A DNA stretch of 64,000 nucleotides, from positions 14,354-78,353 of the forward strand of contig JACDFN010000003.1 of NCBI GenBank assembly GCA_013815775.1. The letters run 5' to 3'. The notes under the pieces are model-generated. The model ran no database searches. It worked only from the letters and a program-made list of their open reading frames with translations, and was not told the origin of the DNA. Positions 1-9,865 of this stretch are shown piece by piece. Source of the stretch: Candidatus Saccharimonadota bacterium. Its GTDB lineage: Bacteria; Patescibacteriota; Saccharimonadia; Saccharimonadales; UBA10212. The first letter of the stretch is position 1. Each line of letters begins with the position of its first letter. The translations under genes and the position numbers were made by a program.

Positions 1-1
1 T

Positions 2-244
2 AAACCTAGCCAGCAGCTTCTAGCCTTGCACACAAAGACCCTAGACTGGCTAGCTACACTTCAGGCGCATTGGGCCGTAAATAGGCCTCATGTTGCCGAA
101 GAGTATAAACCTCATATTCGTCGGCGGCCCGGGTACAACCTATCATATGGAGCTAAACTGCGCATAGATTCACTTAGTCTTGTTAAAGCCTACAGACGGG
201 GGGACGATTTTCGTATCGTGGCAAGCAAGGTTAGTTTTTCATGA
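2..244 (+). CDS. 5'-truncated probable 2H phosphoesterase / 2'-5' RNA ligase family protein (C-terminal part)
   Basis: Frame open from the window edge: ...LLALHTKTLDWL...EEYKPHIRR resembles the second half of 2H proteins (LH...Y.PHxT), with the motif degenerate to HIR. Confidence 0.4.
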   Translation, partial: KPSQQLLALHTKTLDWLATLQAHWAVNRPHVAEEYKPHIRRRPGYNLSYGAKLRIDSLSLVKAYRRGDDFRIVASKVSFS

Positions 245-966
245 AAAAGACTAGACTTGACATGGCTATGGTAACAAGAGGGATTGTAAAAACCCGAAGT
301 CAAGCGGAGAGCTACGTAAAGCTTGGAAAGGTAAAAATAGACGGTCAAATAGTCACTAAACCTGGTTATTTTGTGGGGTCTAACAGCGAGATATCGTTAA
401 GCCAGGAGGAGCTGTATGTATCCCGAGCGGCTTTGAAGCTGGCCAGTGTAGCACGACAACTGAATCTAAATTTTCAAGATAAAATAGTTCTGGATGTTGG
501 CAGTAGTACAGGGGGGTTTACCGATTATGCAATTAAGCACGGAGCGGCTAAAGTTATTGCCGTTGACGTTGGAACCGAGCAGATGCACCCTAACTTACGG
601 AATAATTCGAAGGTTGAGCTTCATGAAAAAACGGATATCCGAAATCTGTCAAAACCAACACAGGGGGTTGATATCGTTCTTATAGATGTAAGCTTTATTT
701 CACTGAAAGAAGTGCTACCAGCAGTTGCCGGGTTGGTAGGCAAAAATACTCAAATAGTTGCTATGTGTAAGCCACAGTTTGAAGCTGGAATGGCAGACAT
801 TAATAAAGGCATCATAAAAAATGATACTATTCGCAGAAAAATTTTAAGTGGTTTTGAAGATTGGGTTAAAAAATTGTTCATTATTGCGGACAAAGCCGAA
901 AGTAAAGTTAGCGGCGCCAAGGGAAATTTGGAAAAATTTTATCTATTAAAAAAGCGGCTAAAGTAG
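241..966 (+). CDS. tlyA: TlyA family rRNA 2'-O-methyltransferase
   Basis: S4 domain RLD..., YVSRAALKL, LDVGSSTGGFTD, DVSFISL, KPQFE motifs. Confidence 0.95.
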   Translation: MKKTRLDMAMVTRGIVKTRSQAESYVKLGKVKIDGQIVTKPGYFVGSNSEISLSQEELYVSRAALKLASVARQLNLNFQDKIVLDVGSSTGGFTDYAIKHGAAKVIAVDVGTEQMHPNLRNNSKVELHEKTDIRNLSKPTQGVDIVLIDVSFISLKEVLPAVAGLVGKNTQIVAMCKPQFEAGMADINKGIIKNDTIRRKILSGFEDWVKKLFIIADKAESKVSGAKGNLEKFYLLKKRLK

Positions 967-1207
967 TTTTAAGGGGTTGACTTTAAGCACTAGGGGTTGA
1001 TAAGGTAGTTCGTACGGCAACCGCCAGACCGATCCATGTTTCTAACAAAGGGGTAACTACCCCACCCAACGTAGGAAACGCGGACCTCGAGCCTAGTCGC
1101 TAAGGATTATTCTTGGCAGCAAGGATGGCTCGCAAACTGGCAAGTCGGGAAACAAGGCAACTAAGAAGTTAAAGTTGTAGTACCTACTCAAGGACGGTGA
1201 CTCTACG

Positions 1208-1870
1208 ATGCAAGGCACACGGTGCTTTTTCGTGACGAGTATTCTGGCCATTTCGAGCGTTTTAGCTGTCTTGGGGCTTGCACCCACGGCACAGGCCAAG
1301 AGCTCGGTTACTACTCGAATCGCAAAGGTCGAGAAACAAATCGAGAAACTCGAGAAACAACAGCACAAGCACCAAAGCGTGGTTAGGTTTTTCAGCAACA
1401 AAGAACGTCGCTGGATGCTTTACCCGAATCAACAGGCAAAACCTTGTTGGAAGGTGAACCCCCGCGGACCGCTCAAGTTATGCACGGTTGCCCGCGGAGC
1501 TGTACGTGCACACGTAAGGCAGTTAGCTTCGGTTCAGGCAAAAATCGAGCATCTCAAGTCGCTACTGCTGGATACCGGCAACGAGGCAAACTGGAGTTGT
1601 ATTCACCGCTACGAGAGGCATCCGAGACAAGGCTGGGCAACGCGCACTGGCAACGGGTACTACGGTGGCTTGCAGATGGATATCTCATTCCAGAGCACCT
1701 ATGGCCCGCATGTGCTCGGCTATCCCGATTCGGAAACGATGTTCCGGAAAAAGGGAACAGCTAACAAGTGGAGTAGTCGTGAGCAGATGGCGGTGGCGGA
1801 ATACGCCCGCCAATCCGGTCGCGGGTACTATCCTTGGCCGAATTCAGCCCGGACTTGCGGACTTATTTAG
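1208..1870 (+). CDS. Secreted protein with coiled coil and C-terminal Rpf-like lytic transglycosylase domain
   Basis: Signal peptide; W.CIHRYE (catalytic Glu), TGNGYYGGLQM, SSREQMAVAE, PWPNSARTCG. Confidence 0.85.
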   Translation: MQGTRCFFVTSILAISSVLAVLGLAPTAQAKSSVTTRIAKVEKQIEKLEKQQHKHQSVVRFFSNKERRWMLYPNQQAKPCWKVNPRGPLKLCTVARGAVRAHVRQLASVQAKIEHLKSLLLDTGNEANWSCIHRYERHPRQGWATRTGNGYYGGLQMDISFQSTYGPHVLGYPDSETMFRKKGTANKWSSREQMAVAEYARQSGRGYYPWPNSARTCGLI

Positions 1871-1887
1871 CCACTTATTCCCGAAAA

Positions 1888-1915
1888 GGTAGGGAGCCCC
1901 ATGGGGCTCCCTACC
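1888..1915. terminator. Perfect GC-rich hairpin between convergent genes (U-tract on the minus strand)
   Basis: GGTAGGGAGCCCC-AT-GGGGCTCCCTACC. Confidence 0.8.
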
Positions 1916-1951
1916 AACCGTCAATTTAATATGGCGGTTGCCGAGACAAAT

Positions 1952-2599
1952 CTATAAATAAGACTTAAGGCCTTCAAGGTCTTTTAGGACAATAGTTGCT
2001 CGCTGATTACTTATTAAGCCTTTTCTTTCTAAAACTCCTAGCTCGCGGCTAGCAGTTTCCCGGCTGGCATTAATAGAGCTAGCAATGTCTTGATGCCTTA
2101 GGGGCACGTCGATACTGAGCCCCTCCTCTGTTTCATTACCGAAACGCTCAGACATGGTGAGTAAGAATGATATTAATCGCTCTCGCACTGTTCGGTACTC
2201 AAGGTTTAAGATTCTCTGGGAGTGGATTCTATACATTTCAGTGACCATATCAAGAAGAGGAGGTAGGGCAGTGGTATGACTGCGCAGATAGTCTAAATAC
2301 TTCTGCTGGTCTACCCTCCAAAGGCTTGTTGGTACAAGAGCTTGGTAAATAATATCTTTCTCTTCTCCAGTCAGAGTCAGTATAAGCGGGAATATTTCGT
2401 GGCTTTTACGAATAATAAGCAGATTTTCTTCGCCATATTTGCTGATATTGAAGGCTTTGACCAGTCCTTCCTCTATATAATAAACGTGGCTGGGGGTCTC
2501 GCCAGGACGAATTATGAACTCACCCTTTTTATAGGTTAGCTTCGAGCCTTCTTTAAAAAGCCCAACTAGTGCCGCAACCTGCCTCTCGTTCGCTAGCAT
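1952..2599 (-). CDS. Crp/Fnr family transcriptional regulator
   Basis: cNMP-binding barrel (YYIEEGLVK) and HTH HQDIASSINASRETASR. Confidence 0.93.
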   Translation of the reverse strand: MLANERQVAALVGLFKEGSKLTYKKGEFIIRPGETPSHVYYIEEGLVKAFNISKYGEENLLIIRKSHEIFPLILTLTGEEKDIIYQALVPTSLWRVDQQKYLDYLRSHTTALPPLLDMVTEMYRIHSQRILNLEYRTVRERLISFLLTMSERFGNETEEGLSIDVPLRHQDIASSINASRETASRELGVLERKGLISNQRATIVLKDLEGLKSYL

Positions 2600-2729
2600 A
2601 CCTATATCTTGTCACATTTTTCCTAAACGTAAAATGTGATAAAAGTCTTGTCAAATAAGTGCTGAAAATTACTGACTTTTCAGAGGGGTAAGTTCATGAT
2701 GGGAGTATGAGGTAGGGAGAAAATCGCGC

Positions 2730-3341
2730 ATGGTACACCTAAGTATTATCGAGGCAAGGTTATCACATCTAGGCGTAAATATTAGCAGATGGTTTAGGGC
2801 CGAGATAAGGGAATTGCAGCATATACTTATGGATCATGAGCGAATTGTAGCCGTCGTTTGCGGTCGCTACTTTGGCGGCTACGCAATATTAGTAGCTACT
2901 GATCAGAGATTACTGCTCATAGATAAGAAAACCCTTTTTATGACGGTTGAAGACATTCGTTACGATATGATTTCTGAAATAGACTATAGTTCGCGCTTAT
3001 TTGATTCGACGCTAACCATTTTTACGATCAATAAACAGCACCGCTTTACCAGTATGAAATACAGGCAACAGCTTCGTACTCTTACTAATTATGTTCAGCA
3101 AAGGGTTATGGAACTTAGGCACTACGGTCAAGCACCAGAATTTCAGCAATCCAACCAGAACCCTAGGCTCGAGCCATCTACGTATCGCCCCCAAATCACT
3201 CAGGCTCCCTCCGCCCAACGCTCCGCTGACATCCATCAAATAATGGGGGCAGCTGCTCTGCACGATTCGCCGCGAACCAGCCTAAACCCTTATGGCAGAG
3301 TATCTCTTATGACACGAAGACAAATATCCCGAACGCCCTGA
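2730..3341 (+). CDS. Bacterial PH domain protein
   Basis: GYAILVATDQRLLLIDKK...IRYDMISEID pattern; low-complexity C-terminus. Confidence 0.75.
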   Translation: MVHLSIIEARLSHLGVNISRWFRAEIRELQHILMDHERIVAVVCGRYFGGYAILVATDQRLLLIDKKTLFMTVEDIRYDMISEIDYSSRLFDSTLTIFTINKQHRFTSMKYRQQLRTLTNYVQQRVMELRHYGQAPEFQQSNQNPRLEPSTYRPQITQAPSAQRSADIHQIMGAAALHDSPRTSLNPYGRVSLMTRRQISRTP

Positions 3342-3429
3342 TTACGAAATAAGACGCGCTTTTTGTAACTTTTCACTAAAAGAGGGAAAAGGTGTAATTA
3401 ATTTGCAGGCTGAATTTGGGCAGGGGAGG

Positions 3430-4503
3430 CTATACGTTGAAACGAAATTCAACCACATCGTTCGGCTTCATAATATAAGTTTTACCCTCGGTCCTAACTT
3501 TACCAGCTGCTCGGGCGGCAGCTTCTGAGCCAGCAGATAGTAGGTCATTATAGTCAATTACTTGGGCTGCAATAAAACCCCGTTGAAAATCGGTGTGAAT
3601 TACCCCCGCCGCCTCCGGAGCAGTAGCTCCTTCCCGCACAGTCCACGCTCTAACCTCTTGCTCACCAGCAGTTAAAAAGCTTTGTAATCCCAGTTGCTCA
3701 TAAGCAGCGTGTATCAGCTGTATGAGTCCGCTTTCATCCTGCCCGTAACTGGCTAAAAGTTCTTTTCGGTCACCTTCATCTAAACCGCGGAGTTCACTCT
3801 CTAGCTTCGCACAAACAAAAATAGCTTTGCTGGGCTCTACTAACTGCTGGAGCTGTTTTTTATAAGCCCCGTCACTCATATTTTTCTCATCTAGATTAAA
3901 CACGTAAAGGGTAGGTTTTGCGCTTAGTAGTTGAAGGTCCTCGATATGAGTAAGGTCTATATCATTGCCTCTGGAAAGGGGTAACCCTGCTTTAAGGTTG
4001 CTCTGTACATTAATTAATGTCTCTAACTGGGGTTTGAGTTTTGGATCGGCACGGACTTCTTTTTCCAAACGTGGCAGGCGCTTTTCTATCGTTTGTAAAT
4101 CTGCCAGCGCCAACTCGGTATTTATAATTTCAATGTCAGCTTTTGGTTCGGTAGATCCGGCCCGGGTAACATCCCCATCCTGAAACGCCCTTACTAAATG
4201 GCAAATAGCAATAGTGCTACGAATATGAGCTAAAAATTGATTGCCTAGTCCCTCGCCCTTCGATGCACCTTCAACAAGCCCGGCAATATCAACAAAAGTT
4301 ACGGTTGCTGGAACTATTTTTTTAGTGCCGTAAATATCTGCAAGCTTTTGAAGCCGCGGATCAGGTATAGGTACAATGCCGGTGTTTGGTTCAATGGTGG
4401 CAAAAGGGTAGTTGGCCGACAATGCTCTAGCGTCTGTAAGAGCGTTAAATAAAGTCGACTTACCGACATTGGGCAAGCCAACGATGCCTATAGATAAACT
4501 CAC
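3430..4503 (-). CDS. ychF: Ribosome-binding ATPase YchF
   Basis: GIVGLPNVGKSTLFNALT, ANYPFATIEPN, DIAGLV, C-terminal TGS domain. Confidence 0.97.
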   Translation of the reverse strand: MSLSIGIVGLPNVGKSTLFNALTDARALSANYPFATIEPNTGIVPIPDPRLQKLADIYGTKKIVPATVTFVDIAGLVEGASKGEGLGNQFLAHIRSTIAICHLVRAFQDGDVTRAGSTEPKADIEIINTELALADLQTIEKRLPRLEKEVRADPKLKPQLETLINVQSNLKAGLPLSRGNDIDLTHIEDLQLLSAKPTLYVFNLDEKNMSDGAYKKQLQQLVEPSKAIFVCAKLESELRGLDEGDRKELLASYGQDESGLIQLIHAAYEQLGLQSFLTAGEQEVRAWTVREGATAPEAAGVIHTDFQRGFIAAQVIDYNDLLSAGSEAAARAAGKVRTEGKTYIMKPNDVVEFRFNV

Positions 4504-4537
4504 TACATTAGTCTAACAGAGGTGCTACAATCGTCAT

Positions 4538-5071
4538 ATGACTAGTTACGTGGCTCTTTTGAGAGGTGTTAACGTTGGCGGCAGAATTATTAAGATGGAA
4601 GAGATAAAGAACTGCTTTGAAGACATGGGATATACCAACGTTTCAACAGTGCTGCAAACTGGTAACGTCTTATTTGACGCAAACCCCACTAGCTCAGAGG
4701 ATATGAGAAATGAGATTGAAATGATTGTTGGCAGCACCTTTAACTACCCAGCCAAAGTTCAGATATATAATCTGGATGAGGTCATTAGAATAACTAAAGC
4801 ATATCCATTTAATCGCTCTAAAAAAACCTTTCAGCACTACGTTGTCTTTTTGGACAATAGCAAAGCACGTCAGCTGGCCCGCGAACCGATGAGTCTTGAT
4901 GACAAGGTTGAAAAAATTCAAAAGGGAGACAAAGTTATTTATTGGATGGTTAAAAAAGGTATGACTACCAAAAGTCTTTTTTCAAAATTTCTACTTAAGC
5001 CGCAGTACAAGCAGAGCAATACGGTTCGAAACATTAACACACTCCAAAAGCTAGAAAATAAACATAAATAA
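4538..5071 (+). CDS. DUF1697 family protein
   Basis: YVALLRGVNVGG...QTGNVLF...TVRNINT. Confidence 0.9.
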   Translation: MTSYVALLRGVNVGGRIIKMEEIKNCFEDMGYTNVSTVLQTGNVLFDANPTSSEDMRNEIEMIVGSTFNYPAKVQIYNLDEVIRITKAYPFNRSKKTFQHYVVFLDNSKARQLAREPMSLDDKVEKIQKGDKVIYWMVKKGMTTKSLFSKFLLKPQYKQSNTVRNINTLQKLENKHK

Positions 5072-5197
5072 TAACTAAAGCATAAGCAATTGCTTTTTCA
5101 CCTCTGTTAGTGTATTACTAAGTTAGCTCTCAGGGCGCCCAGTCCTGGGTGCCCTTTAACTCTTTGACGTCTAGCCACTCATACAAGGGGAGGCAAC

Positions 5198-5689
5198 ATG
5201 CTCGCGAAGCAAAGGCTTTTGTGGGCAGGCCTTACGGCTTGCTTGCTGGCCCTCATTCCGGTCGGTTTTGGGTCTGCCCAGGTCCAGGCAGAGTACCCGG
5301 CCATTCCTCTGACAGGCTGGGCCGGCCCGGGCTCTGATGCCAGAATTGGCATGACCGTCCCGGTGCAATACCAGGTAAGACCAGAACCAAAAGTCACTGA
5401 CTTGATCATTAGTCTCAAGCTGCCTTCGCAGCTGCGACTGATGAAGGTGACCATCAACGGCAAGCCTGTCTCGTTCATCGCTGAAGCAGACCTGTTCACG
5501 TGGAGGCTCGTCGGCCCCAAGACCAAGAGGCCGCTCATCCGAAACGTTGTGATCATGAGCTTGCAGCTCAAGCGCAAGTGCCCCAACGGTGGGGCGTGTG
5601 TTACAAACATGGTGAACAGGTTCAAGACACGCGGCTCAAACATCTGGCAGGAACAGATGTCACCGTACCAGTTCATAGTTCGCAAGTAA
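5198..5689 (+). CDS. Secreted beta-rich (Ig/DUF11-like) hypothetical protein, GC-rich
   Basis: GGGGAGG SD, signal peptide ending AQVQA, downstream hairpin. Confidence 0.7.
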   Translation: MLAKQRLLWAGLTACLLALIPVGFGSAQVQAEYPAIPLTGWAGPGSDARIGMTVPVQYQVRPEPKVTDLIISLKLPSQLRLMKVTINGKPVSFIAEADLFTWRLVGPKTKRPLIRNVVIMSLQLKRKCPNGGACVTNMVNRFKTRGSNIWQEQMSPYQFIVRK

Positions 5690-5710
5690 CCATCCTCAAG
5701 ACGTCATCTC

Positions 5711-5749
5711 CGAGGCGCCCCGGCTGAAATTTCAGGCCGGGGCACCTCG
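5711..5749 (+). terminator. GC-rich hairpin without a U-tail (possible terminator)
   Basis: CGAGGCGCCCCGGC...GCCGGGGCACCTCG. Confidence 0.55.
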
Positions 5750-5847
5750 AAAAAACTTATTAAATTAGAACCGTCTCCGTGATTCAATGATTTTTGGCAC
5801 ATTCAAACTGTTGCGATAAACTTCTAATGTACCTATAATGCTTACGT

Positions 5848-6456
5848 ATGAGGCTATCAAAGCCACAGTGGAATAATTATCTCTTTAGATTAAGAGAATT
5901 CTATAATCGTGGGACCACCAAAAGAAGATACCTGTTAAAAGTGCTTACCGCCCTTATTGTAATTTTATTAGTCTTTGGAGTTTGGGTGGTCTTTTTTAAA
6001 GATAAAAAAATACCTGTATATGTACAGCCCGACCAGGCGTCTGACTCTGCCATTGAATCGTACAAGAACTCTAACGATACCGAAGATTTACGTAGCCTTT
6101 CAAGTGTATACGTCGGGGCCAATAAATACCCCGAAGCTGTTGAAGTTGCCCGCAAAGTAGCTCTAAAAACAGGAGAAGTCATGGACTATATGACCCTGTT
6201 GAACATTTGCGCAATTTATAACGTTCCTACTAAGCAAGCTTGTCTGGAGGAGGTTGCCGCCAAACTAAAACCACAGCTCGGTAAATTATCTTTTTATAAC
6301 GCCTACACTGCCGGGAGGCTTTATGACAAATCCGGGGATACAAAAAATGCCGTAATATTCTATCAGCGGGCTTACGACGTTTATGATGTTAACCGGGCTG
6401 ACGAATACATTAAAACTAAAGAAGAACTAAAGAAGCGCATAGATGAGTTATCGTAG
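5848..6456 (+). CDS. Membrane-anchored TPR-like protein
   Basis: One N-terminal TM segment, then TPR-like helices (YPEAVEVARK; AVIFYQRA). Confidence 0.65.
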   Translation: MRLSKPQWNNYLFRLREFYNRGTTKRRYLLKVLTALIVILLVFGVWVVFFKDKKIPVYVQPDQASDSAIESYKNSNDTEDLRSLSSVYVGANKYPEAVEVARKVALKTGEVMDYMTLLNICAIYNVPTKQACLEEVAAKLKPQLGKLSFYNAYTAGRLYDKSGDTKNAVIFYQRAYDVYDVNRADEYIKTKEELKKRIDELS

Positions 6457-9400
6457 AAAGACTTTAACTGGTTGGGGGATAAAAGGGTTCGGAGCCACAG
6501 TTCTGGGGTTGTTATTATTTGTTTTACTACACAATCCTGCTAGCGCCCAGCAAACAACAGGTGTCCCCATACCTAATAACTTTCTACCTAGGTCACAAGA
6601 TTTTTCCCAAGGAAACGGTGTTTATTTAATAACGGCCATTTACGGTACTGATTATGTTCTGCGTGCCCCTACGTCTACGGTTCGCTTTTATTCTCCAAAT
6701 TCGAGCAACACTATAAATATTGTGGACGGCGGCCATTGCATAGGTTCCGGGCCAGACAGGGGGCCAAACAACGCCGAAGCAGAAACTATCTATAGAGTTT
6801 GGCCACTGTCGCCCGATAATACACCAGCCAATTATAATAACACCCCATTCAATCCCAGAACGGGTCCTGCGCCTTTTGAGGTTTCCAGCAAAACCATCGG
6901 CTGTCAGGCTAGTTATCAATTTAACTTTAATAGTGGTGGTTTTAGTGAGGTAAATCTTGGTCCAGCCGAGGGAAAGTACGCCTTTGAGATAGAAGCCACT
7001 ATGACCGGACCTCAGGGCTGGAACATGTTCAAATACAACGTTGTGTCGGGCGGCGGAAGGTTTAGTTATTACGCCGGGTCGGGGGACAAGTTTGGCCTAA
7101 AAGATGATAGTCCCGGGCTACCGCCAAGCGGTGAACGTGGGAATTTTGCGCTGGGTTTTGCGCCTGGCTGCGCAGTAGCTAATAACGACGCCAGAAGTAT
7201 AACTCTAAAGTGGTTTGATGCTGATGCCGGAGAACCTAACCAAAGAGTTAATGCGTCTGATAATAAGGTAAGGACTCGGCTTGTTGAATACGATACTGCC
7301 GGCAATCCAACCGGCAGGAATATTCCTATTTCTGTAGCTCCATCAGTGGGTGATGCTCCAGGAGGCGGAATTTTAGACATTAAGACGGGCGATGACGTAT
7401 CGGGTCAAGCTCAGATTTCAATACTAGGATACCGCAAGTATAAGTGGGTTTGGGAAAATGTCCACAGCACAAACGGAGTTCAGTTCCAGCTGCCATACGA
7501 CAGTTACAATACTCTTATAGATTTTACAAAGGATTGTGCTACAGAAACTACAAACGCTTCATGTAAAGGCATTCCAACCAACTCAAAACAGGTTGCTATA
7601 GGAGGTGGTACAACCATAAAGATTAGGGCCACCAACACAGGCACCACTAACTGGAATACCCAATTTGCTCTTAGACAGGTTGATCCCGGTGGAGCTAATC
7701 TATTTATGCCCAACGTGGTGGCACCTGGGCAATTTAGAGAGTTTACCTTTAATATAAACGCCAGAACTACAGCCCAAACCGTTGTATTTAAATATAGTAT
7801 GTTTAATGCCAGCGGCATCAGGTTCCCGAGTCAGCCTGACCCGCTGTGTACCGTTACCGTTCAATGGACCAACAGCCCCAACAGCCGGTGGGGAATAATT
7901 GAAGCTAATTGTTCAACCCTGACCTATACCGGCAACCACTTCACTAAAGATGCCAGCGGCAATGTAGCAAATGGTCCGCCACGCAGCTTCACTACTTTTG
8001 CAGGCAGCGATAACGCCACCGAGTTTGGACCCGGCGAATACGTGAAGGTTGCAGTTACCCGCGCCGTTAATACTTCTGGAATGAGTGCCGGTGATGCCAA
8101 TGCCGCCCAACTTACAACCAATGACCCCGGCTATGTCCTATGGGTTAAAGTGCAAAATTCTGGTGATACAGTCAGCTTAATACCACTCGCAGCGGACGGT
8201 TCTTTACCAGATTTGTTTGGCCCGACGCCCGAAGGCTTACGCCCCCAGTATGGTTATACGTTTATCTTAAGTCTTTATAACACTAACGACCCCGGCGAGA
8301 ACAACAGCTCTGAAATTGCCACTACCACCCTGGAGCCCTGTTGGCGGCCGATTGAATGCAGCAGCTTGTCGTATACCGACTATGAACCGGGGCAGACATT
8401 GAATTCTACCTATTCATTCCTGTTTGGTTTAGCAGACAACGGTGATCCGGTAAAGACCAGCCAGTCAGTTGAACGGGACTTAATAAATGTAAGCGGTGAC
8501 CCCAGAGGCAATACCAAAGGCAATTACGCTATAGAAACCATTTTCCAGCCGGGAATCTCCGGAACCTTTATTAGCCCTAACCCAGTCGACTCTATAAGCG
8601 GTAACGGTGATTCTACGGTACAGGTGAAGATGAGCTTGACTGTAGAGTATACCGGCAAAGTTATAGTGCGCTTTAAGTACGGTAATAACCAAACGAATGC
8701 TACTTTGAAACAATGTGAGCAAGAAGTAACCCCACGTACGCGGCCTTACTTAAGAGTCAACCAAGGTGATGTACACACCGGTGGGGCATTTAGAAAACCA
8801 GACGGTAACTGCCCGACTGTAACCGAAGCAGGTTTTGTATCTCCGGCAACCGGTAATAAAAATTCCGGCGGGATTCGAACATTTGGTAACCCGGCCAGCA
8901 GGTTGGGCTCAAGAGTCGATTTTGCGGCCCTGGCATTGGGCTTAATTGACGGATCTTCAGGAGGACCGCCCCTTGGCTTTAGCAGCGCAGTACTTAATCC
9001 GTCTGTTAACTATGAGTATCTTGATTTTGCCAACACCACCTCAGATGAGCTGGGCGGACTACTAGGGGGAGATAATGGCTCAACAACCTTTAATATTGCT
9101 CACTGCATACCCAACTACTTTTACTCAACCCCAAAAATATTAGAGGCCAATAGAGTTTATGAGCCGGAAGATAAATTAATTCTGAACCCTGGCAAAAACG
9201 GCCAATATTATTACCAAACTGCTCCAGGCGTTCCGTACTTAAATCTGGGATCCAATGGTCCCAATTTGGTGGGCAATGGTGACCGGGTTACCTTTTACGT
9301 TAAAGGTGACGTCTATATAACAAAAAATATTGACTACCAAAATAACTGGACTATAACCACTACCTCAAACACCATTCCTTATTTTGCGCTGATAGTTGAG

Positions 9401-9805
9401 GGCAATATTCACGTAGCACCAAATGTTACCAAGATAGAGGGCCTGTATGTAGCCCAGCCTACACCTGCAAACCCCAACGAGAATGGAATTTTCTCTACCT
9501 GTTCACCAGGGGGTTCCGTAGCCACCTCCGATAACATTAGACTGGGTCCACCAGCAGGCTGTTTTAGCCAGTTCACAGTTAACGGCGCTGTGGTAGCTCG
9601 CCATGTAATACCAGTACGAAGCAACGGTACTTTATGGAGGGACAACGGCGGTAATCCACCACCGCAGCTAGGCTTGCCAGCAGACATTTTTAACTATACC
9701 CCATCTGTCGCAATAGGGGATCCTGACTTTAGTCCAATAAACGGTGGCGGTGCAGCGATATTTAGTTCCTTAGAAGGCTTGTTTAGTTTACCGCCTATAT
9801 TTTAA
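6443..9805 (+). CDS. Large secreted protein, putative type IV pilus-associated adhesin
   Basis: Signal peptide; Ig-like segment (NTGTTNW...VVAPGQ); C-terminal IVEGNIHV...GLYVAQ...VNGAVVA; lies directly upstream of pilM. Confidence 0.65.
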   Translation: MSYRRKTLTGWGIKGFGATVLGLLLFVLLHNPASAQQTTGVPIPNNFLPRSQDFSQGNGVYLITAIYGTDYVLRAPTSTVRFYSPNSSNTINIVDGGHCIGSGPDRGPNNAEAETIYRVWPLSPDNTPANYNNTPFNPRTGPAPFEVSSKTIGCQASYQFNFNSGGFSEVNLGPAEGKYAFEIEATMTGPQGWNMFKYNVVSGGGRFSYYAGSGDKFGLKDDSPGLPPSGERGNFALGFAPGCAVANNDARSITLKWFDADAGEPNQRVNASDNKVRTRLVEYDTAGNPTGRNIPISVAPSVGDAPGGGILDIKTGDDVSGQAQISILGYRKYKWVWENVHSTNGVQFQLPYDSYNTLIDFTKDCATETTNASCKGIPTNSKQVAIGGGTTIKIRATNTGTTNWNTQFALRQVDPGGANLFMPNVVAPGQFREFTFNINARTTAQTVVFKYSMFNASGIRFPSQPDPLCTVTVQWTNSPNSRWGIIEANCSTLTYTGNHFTKDASGNVANGPPRSFTTFAGSDNATEFGPGEYVKVAVTRAVNTSGMSAGDANAAQLTTNDPGYVLWVKVQNSGDTVSLIPLAADGSLPDLFGPTPEGLRPQYGYTFILSLYNTNDPGENNSSEIATTTLEPCWRPIECSSLSYTDYEPGQTLNSTYSFLFGLADNGDPVKTSQSVERDLINVSGDPRGNTKGNYAIETIFQPGISGTFISPNPVDSISGNGDSTVQVKMSLTVEYTGKVIVRFKYGNNQTNATLKQCEQEVTPRTRPYLRVNQGDVHTGGAFRKPDGNCPTVTEAGFVSPATGNKNSGGIRTFGNPASRLGSRVDFAALALGLIDGSSGGPPLGFSSAVLNPSVNYEYLDFANTTSDELGGLLGGDNGSTTFNIAHCIPNYFYSTPKILEANRVYEPEDKLILNPGKNGQYYYQTAPGVPYLNLGSNGPNLVGNGDRVTFYVKGDVYITKNIDYQNNWTITTTSNTIPYFALIVEGNIHVAPNVTKIEGLYVAQPTPANPNENGIFSTCSPGGSVATSDNIRLGPPAGCFSQFTVNGAVVARHVIPVRSNGTLWRDNGGNPPPQLGLPADIFNYTPSVAIGDPDFSPINGGGAAIFSSLEGLFSLPPIF

Positions 9806-9832
9806 GTAAAAAAGACCAGAAAAATTAAAAAG

Positions 9833-9846
9833 GCTTATGCTATAAT
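9833..9846 (+). promoter_or_regulatory. Extended -10 promoter of the pil operon
   Basis: GCTTA-TG-C-TATAAT, 19 nt before the pilM ATG. Confidence 0.65.
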
Positions 9847-9865
9847 CTGAAATAATGGAATAAAC

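Noticed and set aside
5179..5685. 168-aa antisense ORF and similar shadow ORFs across the pil, virD4 and gyr genes
   Set aside because: Opposite well-supported genes; no start signals
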